A stretch of 64,000 bases of DNA from a virus. Of the stretch, positions 46,173-55,962 are shown piece after piece. The stretch lies in the IMG/VR virus record IMGVR_UViG_3300023276_001265. One strand, written 5' to 3'. A model generated the notes under the pieces. That model saw nothing but the letters and a program-made list of their open reading frames with translations. It was not told the origin of the DNA and searched no databases. Within the stretch, counting starts at the first letter, position 1. The number at the start of each line of letters is the position of its first letter. The position numbers and the translations under genes were made by a program.

Positions 46173-46778
46173 TCATACTCCAAAGCTCGCCCGTGCTGCG
46201 AGACACTCCTCACTTCCCTTCTCGAAGATAACGCACACCATTGGGCGTTTGCTGTAGATGCCGCACTTGCACGACTTGCCAATCGACCCGCTGAGAGCGG
46301 CGCAAACTGTGTGACCATCGGCGTTTTTCTTGGTCTTGATGTATGGGTGACCACCGTCTCTGACAATCAGCGTCTTACGCATTACCGAGGGGATATTGGC
46401 CACATCCTCTGGCTCAAGCGCCGCGTGTGTGTCTTTCCGCTGGTCCCTGGGACCGCAGCATGCCCCGCACTTCCTGCAGTCCGCATCATCTGGCAGAGGC
46501 GGGTATTGCTTCTTCTGCCTCTTCTCCGGCTCGCGGAACACAGTCGGCTTCGCGGCTCCGATCACCGCCGACAGAGGAGGCGGAGGAGGTGCTTGTGATG
46601 CCTGTGGCAGCTTGACCGGGGTTCGCTTTACGGACCGGGTCTGCTCAGCCTTAGCGAGCATCCTGGTGGCCTGGGCCCTGAAATCAGACATGGACGAGAA
46701 GGTCAGAAGTTCAGGACTTCCCCCTTCTCGTCTCATGACCACCCAGTCGTCGCCAATTCCTTCGAGCAGAACAGCCAT
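46173..46778 (-). CDS. YkgJ/CxxCxxCC family protein with N-terminal extension
   Basis: CRKCGACC...CAALSG.IG..C.C.IY..RP.VC..F. Confidence 0.85.
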   Translation of the reverse strand: MAVLLEGIGDDWVVMRREGGSPELLTFSSMSDFRAQATRMLAKAEQTRSVKRTPVKLPQASQAPPPPPLSAVIGAAKPTVFREPEKRQKKQYPPLPDDADCRKCGACCGPRDQRKDTHAALEPEDVANIPSVMRKTLIVRDGGHPYIKTKKNADGHTVCAALSGSIGKSCKCGIYSKRPMVCVIFEKGSEECLAARASFGV

Positions 46779-46804
46779 TCACCCACCAGTGCTAGAGCAG
46801 GGAT

Positions 46805-46840
46805 CAAGTAACCCAGCCTAGCCGAGAACTGGGTTACTTG
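46805..46840 (-). terminator. Hairpin after the 46845-49340 gene
   Basis: CAAGTAACCCAG-N12-CTGGGTTACTTG. Confidence 0.55.
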
Positions 46841-46844
46841 TGGC

Positions 46845-49340
46845 TTACAACTCGATAAACGTGCCGGGACGCAGCTCAATGTTGAGCAGATCGGAGGCTC
46901 CGGTCGTGGTGGCGGTTAGGCCCGTGTCGTTCCGCACGTAGCCGATCTGGTAGATCACCTCACCTGACTGGGGGTTACCAGACGGGGCGATGGTCGTAAC
47001 GCGCCCGGCCACAAGCTCAGACAGGTAAACCGGGTCACCAGCAACTGGGTAGTCGGTGGTAGTGAGCCCTGCTTCGACCAGGGCCGAGGCCGTTCCAGAT
47101 GTGACGACCTCACCGGTGCCGAGCGCCCCGATTGTCCGAACGATTCCGACGAAAGCCTCAGAGGTAGCTAGAACGTCGGCCTGGGTCGCGGCCGTAGTGT
47201 CGTCGGTCGTTGTAATGTAAACGGGGTTTCCAATGGCCAGGCCAGTAGTGATCAGATCACTGATGACGGCGTCAGCCTCTCCAGCTTCCTTCAACTCGTT
47301 CAGGACACCGACAAGTGTGGTTGCCGTGAAGCTAGAGGAGAGATCCTGGTTACCCGTGTCGCCTGATGTCGTTCCGTTGAACGGCAACGGCGTCGTCATG
47401 GTGTTGCCGTCGAAAGTGATATCCCCGGTTGCACCAGACTGGAGCAGAAGCGAGGACGTCGTGGTCAGCGAGCCAATGGTGAGGGTCTTGGCCGCAGCAC
47501 CGGTTCCGAAGTTCAGCGTGCCAGCAACGGCGTCTGCCCCAATGCTGATCGTGCCCGAGGCGAGCGTGTCGACGGTGATCGTGTCGTCAGCATCAATATC
47601 AATGACGCCCGAGCCGTTGGTGCTCGTGGCGTTGATATCCAGGGTGGAGTCGCCAGCAATGGCGCCGGTGTTGTCGACCGTGATCGTCTGGGTGATGTTG
47701 GTCGAAGCTGCCGTGTTGGTGGCCGTCAGGTTCGAGTCACCGAAGGCGTCGATGCTGACACCGGAGTCGTTTGCGGCGCTGGCGTCGATGGTGACCGCAC
47801 CGGCCGACCCCAGGATCAGGGTTCCCGAGCTCACCGTCTGAAGAGACAGGTTGCCAGAAGTGGCCGAGACGTTGCTGGCGCCCGTTCCGTCGATGCTGAA
47901 CGTGCTCGTGGCGAGCATGTCGTAGGTGCCAGTGACGTCAATGTCGAGGTTGGCGCCTGCGTTGATGTCGATCAGACCGGCGGCGTCCAGGTCGATCTCA
48001 GCTGCACCACTCAGAAGAATGTTGCCTGCGGTTACGGTCGAGAGAGTCAGGTCGCCAGAAGTGGTCGTGCTAAGGGTCAGCGGGCCGGTGGTGACGTTGA
48101 AGGTAGAAGCCGTGTCGGCCTCGATCGCAACGCCTGCGGCGCTGTCGACTGTCATGCCGGTCGCACCAGCATTGATGTCGACCAGAAGGGCGTCGACCTG
48201 AACCTCAGTGGCTGAGGCGTTACCAATGGTGATTGTGCGGGCCGCCGCCGTTCCAATGTTGATCGCCTGAGCGTTGGCGTCGTCACCGACGTTGATCGCG
48301 CCGCCCGAGCTGTTGACCGAGAGAGCGCCAGCAGCGTCGAGGTCGAGGATTCCCGCACTCGTGACGTCAATCGCACCAGAGGTGGTCGTGCTCAGCGTGA
48401 GGTTACCGCTGGCCACCGTGAAGTTCGAGGCATCAGCGGCGTCGAGGCTAATCGCCGGTGTGCCAGACGTGACGGAGACGTCGAAGTCTCCCTCGGCGTC
48501 CGTCATCGAGATCGTGTTACCAGCGACGTAGGACGCCTGCAGCGTAGAACCGGCGGCCGAGGCCAGGTCCGTGAAAACCAGAGCGCCGACCGTGGAACCG
48601 GCGCCAGTCTCCCAAATGCCGTCTGTTCCGGACTGGATTGCCGAGACCGTGACCTTTGTGATCGTGGCCGTGGTGTCCGTCGCATCAACCGTGAAGGCTG
48701 TTTGCGAGAAGGAGTGGGTTGGGGTGGTGTCGATCGTGATGATGTCCGGGTCACCACCGGCGGCGACGGACAGGACCTCGTAGAGGCCGTCGTTAGCGGC
48801 GATGGCTGCGCCGCTTACCTGGATGAAGTCACCGGCGGCAATCGCCGTTCCGTCGACCACATTGACCGTGGACGTGGTGGCAAACCCACCTGTGTCCGTC
48901 GTGGAGGCGGTCGCTGTGGGCAGGTAGTTGACTACGAGCCCGCCAGTCTGGGCCGCGACCGTGGTGTAGTCCTTGTTCAGGTAGAGGTGGTTGTCGGCGA
49001 TGTTGACCACCTCGGAGTCGACCGAGACAGTGGTCCCGCTCACAACCAGGTCACCGCTGACGGTTACGGTTGAACCCGCCCCGCCTAGTGTGAGGTTGTC
49101 GCCGACACCCATGCCTGCGCCGACGGTTAGCGTGTCCATCAACACACCATCGAAGAGCGAGCCAGTGGTCTGCACCGAACCACCAATGGTGATTCCCGTG
49201 GTGAACGCCTCATTCCAGAGGGTAGTCACGCCGGTGGTGCGCCTTACGAGACTGCTCAGAACAGCATCGTCGGTGCCCTCGGCGAGAGAGGTAAGGTGGC
49301 CCTTACCGGCGGCTCTCTTGAGAAGAATTACGTCAGCCAT
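46845..49340 (-). CDS. Long fibre/decoration virion protein
   Basis: Thr/Ala/Gly repeats (LTLSTTTSG); N-terminus ILLKR..GKGHLTS shared with ORF 43102-45648. Confidence 0.75.
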   Translation of the reverse strand: MADVILLKRAAGKGHLTSLAEGTDDAVLSSLVRRTTGVTTLWNEAFTTGITIGGSVQTTGSLFDGVLMDTLTVGAGMGVGDNLTLGGAGSTVTVSGDLVVSGTTVSVDSEVVNIADNHLYLNKDYTTVAAQTGGLVVNYLPTATASTTDTGGFATTSTVNVVDGTAIAAGDFIQVSGAAIAANDGLYEVLSVAAGGDPDIITIDTTPTHSFSQTAFTVDATDTTATITKVTVSAIQSGTDGIWETGAGSTVGALVFTDLASAAGSTLQASYVAGNTISMTDAEGDFDVSVTSGTPAISLDAADASNFTVASGNLTLSTTTSGAIDVTSAGILDLDAAGALSVNSSGGAINVGDDANAQAINIGTAAARTITIGNASATEVQVDALLVDINAGATGMTVDSAAGVAIEADTASTFNVTTGPLTLSTTTSGDLTLSTVTAGNILLSGAAEIDLDAAGLIDINAGANLDIDVTGTYDMLATSTFSIDGTGASNVSATSGNLSLQTVSSGTLILGSAGAVTIDASAANDSGVSIDAFGDSNLTATNTAASTNITQTITVDNTGAIAGDSTLDINATSTNGSGVIDIDADDTITVDTLASGTISIGADAVAGTLNFGTGAAAKTLTIGSLTTTSSLLLQSGATGDITFDGNTMTTPLPFNGTTSGDTGNQDLSSSFTATTLVGVLNELKEAGEADAVISDLITTGLAIGNPVYITTTDDTTAATQADVLATSEAFVGIVRTIGALGTGEVVTSGTASALVEAGLTTTDYPVAGDPVYLSELVAGRVTTIAPSGNPQSGEVIYQIGYVRNDTGLTATTTGASDLLNIELRPGTFIEL

Positions 49341-49376
49341 CTGTGTTCCTCCACGGAAGTGGCATCATAACAGGGA

Positions 49377-50036
49377 TTAGTATTCATCGAATCCCCTACT
49401 GATGTCCACCCATAGCTTACTAGCTGATGCGGCCAAACCCACCTTGTATCGTGTATGGCCGCTTTGTGGTGTTTCGTCTGGATAGTCTACGTCTACGGTG
49501 TCTGTTTCTTCGACAATTAACCCGGCGGTCTGGCCGAGCAGATAAATTTCACCAACGGTTAGGCCGGTAAATCCCTCTAGATCGCCCAGGTAGCGAATAA
49601 CGGCGTAACCGACCATTGGAACGTCGATTTGCTCGACAAACCCAGCGAGGATCGAGGTAGCTACAGTGGCGCACGAGGCCTTCTCGACTTTCCCGTTGGC
49701 CTTCTGGTAGACCACGTCTCTAACGGCAACACCCGTCTCGTATAGACGCGAGATAACTCCAGGCCTGCCCTCGGTTGGGTCCTCTGGTGTCGGGTCAACT
49801 GGGGTGTGGGCCGCGACTACAGCGTCTAGGGCGGTGACCTGTGGACCCGTTAAAACAGCCGTAAACGTGATCTCTACATCATCAGCGTCTTCGTCAACGA
49901 AGATGGTGTCGGCTGCAAACCCGAGCGAGTCTTCGATCTCCTGGTTGAGCTGAGAAGGGTAGACGTAGTCGGTGACCTGTGCAGGGGATCCTGGCCATCC
50001 GAAGTCCGTGCTGATTACATAATTATGGACCGACAT
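49377..50036 (-). CDS. Putative virion protein
   Basis: N-terminal part like ORF 40823; C-terminal part like the C-terminus of ORF 46845. Confidence 0.6.
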   Translation of the reverse strand: MSVHNYVISTDFGWPGSPAQVTDYVYPSQLNQEIEDSLGFAADTIFVDEDADDVEITFTAVLTGPQVTALDAVVAAHTPVDPTPEDPTEGRPGVISRLYETGVAVRDVVYQKANGKVEKASCATVATSILAGFVEQIDVPMVGYAVIRYLGDLEGFTGLTVGEIYLLGQTAGLIVEETDTVDVDYPDETPQSGHTRYKVGLAASASKLWVDISRGFDEY

Positions 50037-50620
50037 TAGGTCGCCACCTCAAAGAACTCAAAGCGAGTCCTGCGGATCAGTCCATTCTGTAGTGCCTGGA
50101 CAGTTCGGTATTGTAATTCAAAGGTGGGTGTTTCAGCGGCGAGTACGACGTAGATGAACCCCGAAAAGGAATTCCAGTCATCGCCGTCTTGGGCTTCCTC
50201 CTCGGCGTAGCCCAGCACGGTCGAACCACCATCGGTCCGCACTACCTGACATTCGGTATCGCCGCCTGCTGGAGTGTGTGAGAATTCAGAACTCCAACCC
50301 AATCTAAATGTGCCTGTAAATGGTGCCCCAGTGGGGGCAAAGGCTAGTTTGACCTGAAACGCTGTTGTTCCGTTGGAGATGGACGTTCCGTCTGAGGAGC
50401 CCTGGTCTGTGAGCAGGAGTCCACTAGGCACAAGGATCGGGAATATCTGGACCCAGTCCGAGTCTGTAAACCCGGTGGCCATCCAAATCGAGTCGTCGGT
50501 CGTATTGCGATAGGTCTGACCAATCTGGTCCGGAGTGACCGAGCCTACGGGTGTACCGGCAGCGCCGACAAACGTGTTGCCGTGCCAGTGAACCGGAGGT
50601 AGATCGCGGTGCTCAGTCAT
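50036..50620 (-). CDS. Putative virion protein (fibre-tip-like domain)
   Basis: TGTFRLGW...EC...GF...TFELQYR shared with the C-terminus of ORF 41413. Confidence 0.6.
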   Translation of the reverse strand: MTEHRDLPPVHWHGNTFVGAAGTPVGSVTPDQIGQTYRNTTDDSIWMATGFTDSDWVQIFPILVPSGLLLTDQGSSDGTSISNGTTAFQVKLAFAPTGAPFTGTFRLGWSSEFSHTPAGGDTECQVVRTDGGSTVLGYAEEEAQDGDDWNSFSGFIYVVLAAETPTFELQYRTVQALQNGLIRRTRFEFFEVAT

Positions 50621-50994
50621 GGTCCGGTAGCCACTACCGCATCACCCCCGGCCGTAACCACAGTTGTCTCGTGAAGGCTGGTGAGCGGTCCAGAAGCGAC
50701 AACAATCCAATCCTCCTCAAACCTTGAAAGGGCGTCGAGACGTGCAGATACGAGAGACGGAGGAATAGGCCTTCCGCCATCGTCTAGGCTGATCGTACCA
50801 AACCCGGATGGGAAAGCCGCATCAGTTGCTAAAGTCCGTAACGAATCGGAATTTGCCGCGTTGTCTAGGAGCACTGGATCAGTGATGCTGACAGGTGTCG
50901 CAGCTGCAGCCGGGACGTCGAATCCCAAGTCCGGGATGATGACAGGACTACCTGTAGACGGGTGAGTAGTGATTGTGAGGGTTCTGAAGGTCAT
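50617..50994 (-). CDS. Hypothetical virion-region protein
   Basis: ATGA coupling on both sides. Confidence 0.55.
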   Translation of the reverse strand: MTFRTLTITTHPSTGSPVIIPDLGFDVPAAAATPVSITDPVLLDNAANSDSLRTLATDAAFPSGFGTISLDDGGRPIPPSLVSARLDALSRFEEDWIVVASGPLTSLHETTVVTAGGDAVVATGP

Positions 50995-52256
50995 GGCGTT
51001 GTGTATTCTAGCGCACCAATGATGCTCTTGATGGGATTAGAATTACCAGAACCGCCTGTCCGTCGAACTCGGGCCCCAATTTCGACACCCAGCCCAATTG
51101 CCACGGATAGATTTCGTCGTTCGTTGTTTCGGTCAGTCGGCGAGAGCACGATTGATCCCAGCACGAGAGGTCCGGTCCCCTGGCGACCTGTAGGGTCCTC
51201 CATAATCTCTAATGTGTAAGTATTCGTCGGATGGGCGAGGTTTACCGTAATCGAGCAGCCGATTAGCGTTGATGCAGCCATCGGCGTAAACCCGACATCG
51301 GACGACGCGGTCGGACCCCAAACGCTGAGGTATTGGAAGGTAGTGGAAGCCGGAATGACCCCACGATAACCCAGAGTAACGGTGCTTCCGCCGCCTCCGC
51401 CGCCCCCGCCAGTGCTCTGATTCTCGGTAAAAGTGAGACCGGTAACTCCGACTGTGATCGGATCGTTAGTCGTTAGCTGCCAGAGGGTGTCCCCGTGCGC
51501 GGTTCCCTCACTGACCGAGACCATCTTGGCGCCAACAACCTCTGGGTCAGCATCAGCATCAACGGCTCGGACCCAAGCTCCTGCATCAGAAACGTAGATA
51601 CCATTCTCGCTGGCAGTGGTCTGGTTCTTAACCAGCACCCGATAGGCACTAGTCAGAACACCGTCGATGACTTGCTCACCTGAGAGGGTGATGTTGCCGG
51701 TTGTGGCTACCCGAGCAGGATCCCAGTGAGCATTGCTGCCACCAGTGGCGCTCTTGATCTCAGCGAAGGACAGGCCGGTAGCGCCAACTGTGATCGGATT
51801 GTTGGTAGTTAGGATCCAGAGCGAATCGCTGTATGCGGTGCCCTCACTGACCGAGACCAGCTTTGCTGCGAGGATCTCTGCGTCAGTGTCGGCATCTGTA
51901 GAGCGGACCCAGGCTCCTGCGTCGGACACATAAATGCCGTTGTCAGCTGGAACCGCTTGACCATTAACCAATACGCGGTCCGCACTCGTGAGAACGCCAT
52001 CAATAACCTGCTCACCTGAGAGGACGATGTTCCCGACTGAGGTGACTCGGACAGGATCCCAGTGCGAGTTAATGCTGCCGCTACCGCCCCCACCGACAGG
52101 AATCCAGACACCAGCATCACATTGATAGAGAAGGTTGGTGTCTTTGACGACGACCACAGACCCGTCGACGCACGATACGGGAAGGTCCCCGAACGTGGGT
52201 ACTGGGTAGAGCCACGTGCTCTTTCTATGTAGTCCGCCGAGGCCGAAGGTGCCCAT
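50991..52256 (-). CDS. Virion protein with two tandem ~110-aa fibre-associated domains
   Basis: Two copies of HWDP.RV...NI.LSGEQVIDGV....RVLV..Q.....NGIYV...AWVR..DAD. Confidence 0.75.
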   Translation of the reverse strand: MGTFGLGGLHRKSTWLYPVPTFGDLPVSCVDGSVVVVKDTNLLYQCDAGVWIPVGGGGSGSINSHWDPVRVTSVGNIVLSGEQVIDGVLTSADRVLVNGQAVPADNGIYVSDAGAWVRSTDADTDAEILAAKLVSVSEGTAYSDSLWILTTNNPITVGATGLSFAEIKSATGGSNAHWDPARVATTGNITLSGEQVIDGVLTSAYRVLVKNQTTASENGIYVSDAGAWVRAVDADADPEVVGAKMVSVSEGTAHGDTLWQLTTNDPITVGVTGLTFTENQSTGGGGGGGGSTVTLGYRGVIPASTTFQYLSVWGPTASSDVGFTPMAASTLIGCSITVNLAHPTNTYTLEIMEDPTGRQGTGPLVLGSIVLSPTDRNNERRNLSVAIGLGVEIGARVRRTGGSGNSNPIKSIIGALEYTTP

Positions 52257-52328
52257 AATCTATCCCTGGAACCCCCAGTCTAACTCAGCTGATGCTCCTC
52301 TGACGTGTCTTGTGCCTACGTGGACTCC

Positions 52329-54440
52329 TTAGAGAGCGGCGGGATCAACATAATGAATAGTGACGGAAACGATTCCACTTGCTGGGGCGTCTCCGGACAC
52401 AATGATTGGTGCTTTACTCTTCTGAACCATGCGACTTTGAGCCCAGTGGTCCATGCCATAGATCAACGCGCCACCAGCGAGATCGGTGCTCGGCCCTGAG
52501 AACCTGTTCGGGTCTGCAGTGTCTCCGACCATCAGGAAGCGAACCCCGCCAACGTCGGTCACGAGCTTGACCATCACGGCCTCGACTCGAACACCGGCCG
52601 GGATCTCGAAACTAGTGCTGTTGCCCTTGCTGAGATCGAGCTCTTCTGTGTGACTCTTGAATACGAGTCCACCTACTGCAAGATCGCACGAAAGGTGAAC
52701 CCCGCTCTTCTCGAAAACGACTTTGTCATCACAGAAACTGGCGCCGCCAGCAACGCCAAGCGCCTTGGCCTTGACTTCACCGGCATCCAGTTTCGACACA
52801 CCAAGCAGCTCCCAGCTCTTGCCCTCAAAGGAGAGTCCGCAGTTGGGCCCACCCATCGAGAACGTGGCAGAGCCCCCCGCTCCCTGCAGGCGCAGCGTGT
52901 TGCTGACCTCGATCTTCGGAGACTTAAGCAACTGGAGGTTGTTGGTCACCAGGACCGGTGCATCGATAGCGAAGTCGACAGGGTGAGAAATGCTGCCCGA
53001 CCTGTAACCCGTATCGGCTACGGAGACGAACTTCTTAACTGTCAGCGAGCTCCACTTCTTCAGAGCCCCGCCAACCCCGACTAGATCCCCATCCGTAGAG
53101 GCAAAGCCTCCAGCCACCTCAAACGGTGTGCTGGTGTCGGACGATACGCGGACCGCACCTGAGAAGGTGTGCGACCTAGCCTTGTAGGAGGTAGCGCCAT
53201 TCGAGAAGGTCATGCTCTCATCGGCGTGACCGGAGATCCCATCGATCGATATCTGGCCGAGCACGATTAGGTCGCCCTGGACTTTGGCGCCACCAAAGAT
53301 GGTTGTGCCGTCATCGTTGACCCGCAGACGGGCGCTATCCCCGTCCCTCAGAACGAATTCGTCGCCGAATACAGCGCCCCATGAGCCTCCGGTAATCTCT
53401 CCGCTTGTCAGCTTGAGACGAGAGGTCCCGTCTCCGACTAGGATGTCACCGCGAACATCAAGACGTCCTTCAGGGGACTCAGTTCCAAGTCCAAGCTGGC
53501 CGGTTGGGGAGACGATAAGAGAGTTTCCGGGGGCCGATCCGAGAATCTTTAGTGGAGACTGCTTCGAGTTAGAAGCGATCTGGAACACCGCTCCGCCGCT
53601 GATGTCGAGATCAACAAGTGCGGCCGACTTCCACCGAGATAGGGGCACGCCTAGCGTGAGACTCCTGGACGGGTTCGGGTTCAGGCTGGACCGCACGGTC
53701 CCACCAACAGAGAGGTGGTTTTTCACATCAAGTGAGCCAGACAGATTCAGGCCACTCGAAGTGAGCTGCGCCTTGATCTGTTTGCCAACCATGAAAATGG
53801 TGCCTTTGTCCGCACCGAGAACCAGGTCGTGCCCCTTGGCGCCGTAGAGTCCCTCTGACGCGGTGATTTCGTCGTCAAAGGCGGCTGGTCCCTTGAACCC
53901 ACCGGCGAATTGTGCGGCGCCTGACGACTTCAGTGAGCCGTCCCCGGATACCACGAACAAGTCCGAGCCCTTGCCGCCTACAACGCGGAGGACGGTTTGG
54001 GCGCCGTTACCGGCGTTGACCCACAGGAGGCCTTCTTTATTTCCGGCGTCTAGGCCGACCCGTAGGACGGTGTCACCAGACATGATGCGCAGTTGGTCGG
54101 CCTTATTTTTGCCCGAGAGGGCAACGCCCTTGGGGACCTTTACCGACGCGCCATCTCCAACGATGTCTTGGAGCGTTGTCTTGTGAGGGTTCCCCTCGGA
54201 GTCGACATGGTCCGCAAGTTCTTCTGGGAGCTTGCCGCCAACCTTCTTCAGAGTTCCGATGACTGACCACATGCGGGTGGTCTTGTCCAGGCCAAAGACC
54301 TCTTCCGACTCCCGCACGATGATGCGTGTTCCAGGTTCTGTATCGAGCGCAGATGGGAGATCCGCTACCGTGTTGACGATCTTCTGGAAGCGCGGCTGCC
54401 GCTTTACTCCTCCCCCGTGTGATCCGCCTTTACTGAGCAT
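52329..54440 (-). CDS. Gly-rich fibre-like protein
   Basis: HVDSEGNPHKTT; GQLGLGTESPEGRLDVRG. Confidence 0.65.
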   Translation of the reverse strand: MLSKGGSHGGGVKRQPRFQKIVNTVADLPSALDTEPGTRIIVRESEEVFGLDKTTRMWSVIGTLKKVGGKLPEELADHVDSEGNPHKTTLQDIVGDGASVKVPKGVALSGKNKADQLRIMSGDTVLRVGLDAGNKEGLLWVNAGNGAQTVLRVVGGKGSDLFVVSGDGSLKSSGAAQFAGGFKGPAAFDDEITASEGLYGAKGHDLVLGADKGTIFMVGKQIKAQLTSSGLNLSGSLDVKNHLSVGGTVRSSLNPNPSRSLTLGVPLSRWKSAALVDLDISGGAVFQIASNSKQSPLKILGSAPGNSLIVSPTGQLGLGTESPEGRLDVRGDILVGDGTSRLKLTSGEITGGSWGAVFGDEFVLRDGDSARLRVNDDGTTIFGGAKVQGDLIVLGQISIDGISGHADESMTFSNGATSYKARSHTFSGAVRVSSDTSTPFEVAGGFASTDGDLVGVGGALKKWSSLTVKKFVSVADTGYRSGSISHPVDFAIDAPVLVTNNLQLLKSPKIEVSNTLRLQGAGGSATFSMGGPNCGLSFEGKSWELLGVSKLDAGEVKAKALGVAGGASFCDDKVVFEKSGVHLSCDLAVGGLVFKSHTEELDLSKGNSTSFEIPAGVRVEAVMVKLVTDVGGVRFLMVGDTADPNRFSGPSTDLAGGALIYGMDHWAQSRMVQKSKAPIIVSGDAPASGIVSVTIHYVDPAAL

Positions 54441-54485
54441 GATTTCGTCTCCTAGGCCTATAGCTTAACAGGCATCAGTCCTTTT

Positions 54486-54818
54486 CTACCAAGCCCAGAC
54501 CCGATACTCTTCGTCTCCAGTAGCGCCCCGCAAGTAGACGATTTTCCGCCTGAAGGTGAAGAAGTTCATCGATTCCTGGGCGAGGAGATCGCCTTCGACG
54601 GTGACACCATCGAATGAGAACTGGATCTCTCTGGCGGAGTGATCATTCGCCACGATCAGTCCCTGACTGATGAAGTTGGTTTTTCCGTCACCCTTGTCGA
54701 TGAACACGAGTTTGCAGTCGGCGAAGTCGGTAGTCAGGTCTGGCCCGATGCCGCCACTGGCGAGGTCCCTCACGTAAAAGCGGTAGCTACGAACGCTCGA
54801 ATCGAATGGTCCAGACAT
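54486..54818 (-). CDS. Small virion-region protein, tandem copy 2
   Basis: Near-identical to 54831-55160. Confidence 0.75.
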   Translation of the reverse strand: MSGPFDSSVRSYRFYVRDLASGGIGPDLTTDFADCKLVFIDKGDGKTNFISQGLIVANDHSAREIQFSFDGVTVEGDLLAQESMNFFTFRRKIVYLRGATGDEEYRVWAW

Positions 54819-54830
54819 TGATTACTCTCC

Positions 54831-55160
54831 TTACCAGGCCCAGACCCGGTATTCTTCCCCACCAGACCCGCCGCGCAGGTAGACGACTTTGCGTCTGAAG
54901 GTGAAGAAGTTCATGGATTCCCCTGCCACAAGGTCGCCCTCGATGGTGATGCCGTCAAACGAGAATTGAATCTCAGTTACGGTGTCGTCATTGGCGATGA
55001 TCATGCCCTGACTGACGAAGTTGGTCTTTCCGTCGCCTTTGTCAACGATCACGAGCTTGCAGTCCGCAAAATCAGTGGTCAACGTCGGACCGGTTCCGCC
55101 GCTGACGTTGTCTCGTACGTAGAAGCGGTAACTACGAACGCTCGAATCAAAAGGTCCCAT
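54831..55160 (-). CDS. Small virion-region protein, tandem copy 1
   Basis: GPFDSSVRSYRFYVRD...EEYRVWAW. Confidence 0.75.
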   Translation of the reverse strand: MGPFDSSVRSYRFYVRDNVSGGTGPTLTTDFADCKLVIVDKGDGKTNFVSQGMIIANDDTVTEIQFSFDGITIEGDLVAGESMNFFTFRRKVVYLRGGSGGEEYRVWAW

Positions 55161-55170
55161 GTTCTATACC

Positions 55171-55962
55171 TTACAATGAAAGATCAGTTGGGCTGTGGGC
55201 GGAGATTTGGTAATCCCTGGCCAACGCCGAGTAAGCCTCTGCGCCAATGTAGCGAACGTTTGTGCCCTGGGAGGACGTAAGTTGGACGATTTCGGCAAAT
55301 TGCAATGATACTGATGCGGACCGCAATTCGCCAGAAGGGAACCATGATTCCATCGTGACGTTCGCAGCCTTCATAATGCACAGGATGCCGTCCTGATCTT
55401 TGGCGCGACCGAGTTTGGTCCCAGGAAGCACCAATACCAGCTTTTTGGGCGGTCTCGTGACGCCCTTTCCAGCTGTCTGATCTCCGTATGTTGGGTAGAG
55501 GTATTGTTGGAGCGCCGCCAACGCGGCTGACACGTTTACCCTGTAACGAGAGGATGGAAGCATCCCAGCCCCGAGCCGAGCCGTTGTTATCTCAACATTG
55601 GTGGGAGAGCCAGCAGACGCGTCCTGGATTCGTTGGTTAAACGGGACGTTGTTCCCAACCTCCTGCTCGCGAATTTCAGCAACAAAGTTTGCGGTGAAGG
55701 AGATGTTACGACCTGAACCGCCGATGTATTGAAAGAGGGGGTGGCTCGCACCGGGAATTTGCTTTGTTGAATAGTTAGGCGTGTAGCTGTCTGTTACTTG
55801 ACTGGGCCAGAACTGGAATACGAAAACATCGTTAGTGTTAGCCCCAGCTGTAAATCCGCCGCTACCGTTTCCTTTGCCAGCCTGGTTGGTCGTTCCGCTA
55901 AACTCTGGGAATAGATAAGCCACACTCTGCCGAGGCGCTGCAATCGCATCTAGAAGGGCCAT
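55171..55962 (-). CDS. Contractile-injection-system tube-initiator-like baseplate protein
   Basis: FQFWP.......NY....IPG.SHP..QY.GG..R.ISF; L....YP...PP; G.LR.A.V.L.F.E. Confidence 0.65.
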   Translation of the reverse strand: MALLDAIAAPRQSVAYLFPEFSGTTNQAGKGNGSGGFTAGANTNDVFVFQFWPSQVTDSYTPNYSTKQIPGASHPLFQYIGGSGRNISFTANFVAEIREQEVGNNVPFNQRIQDASAGSPTNVEITTARLGAGMLPSSRYRVNVSAALAALQQYLYPTYGDQTAGKGVTRPPKKLVLVLPGTKLGRAKDQDGILCIMKAANVTMESWFPSGELRSASVSLQFAEIVQLTSSQGTNVRYIGAEAYSALARDYQISAHSPTDLSL

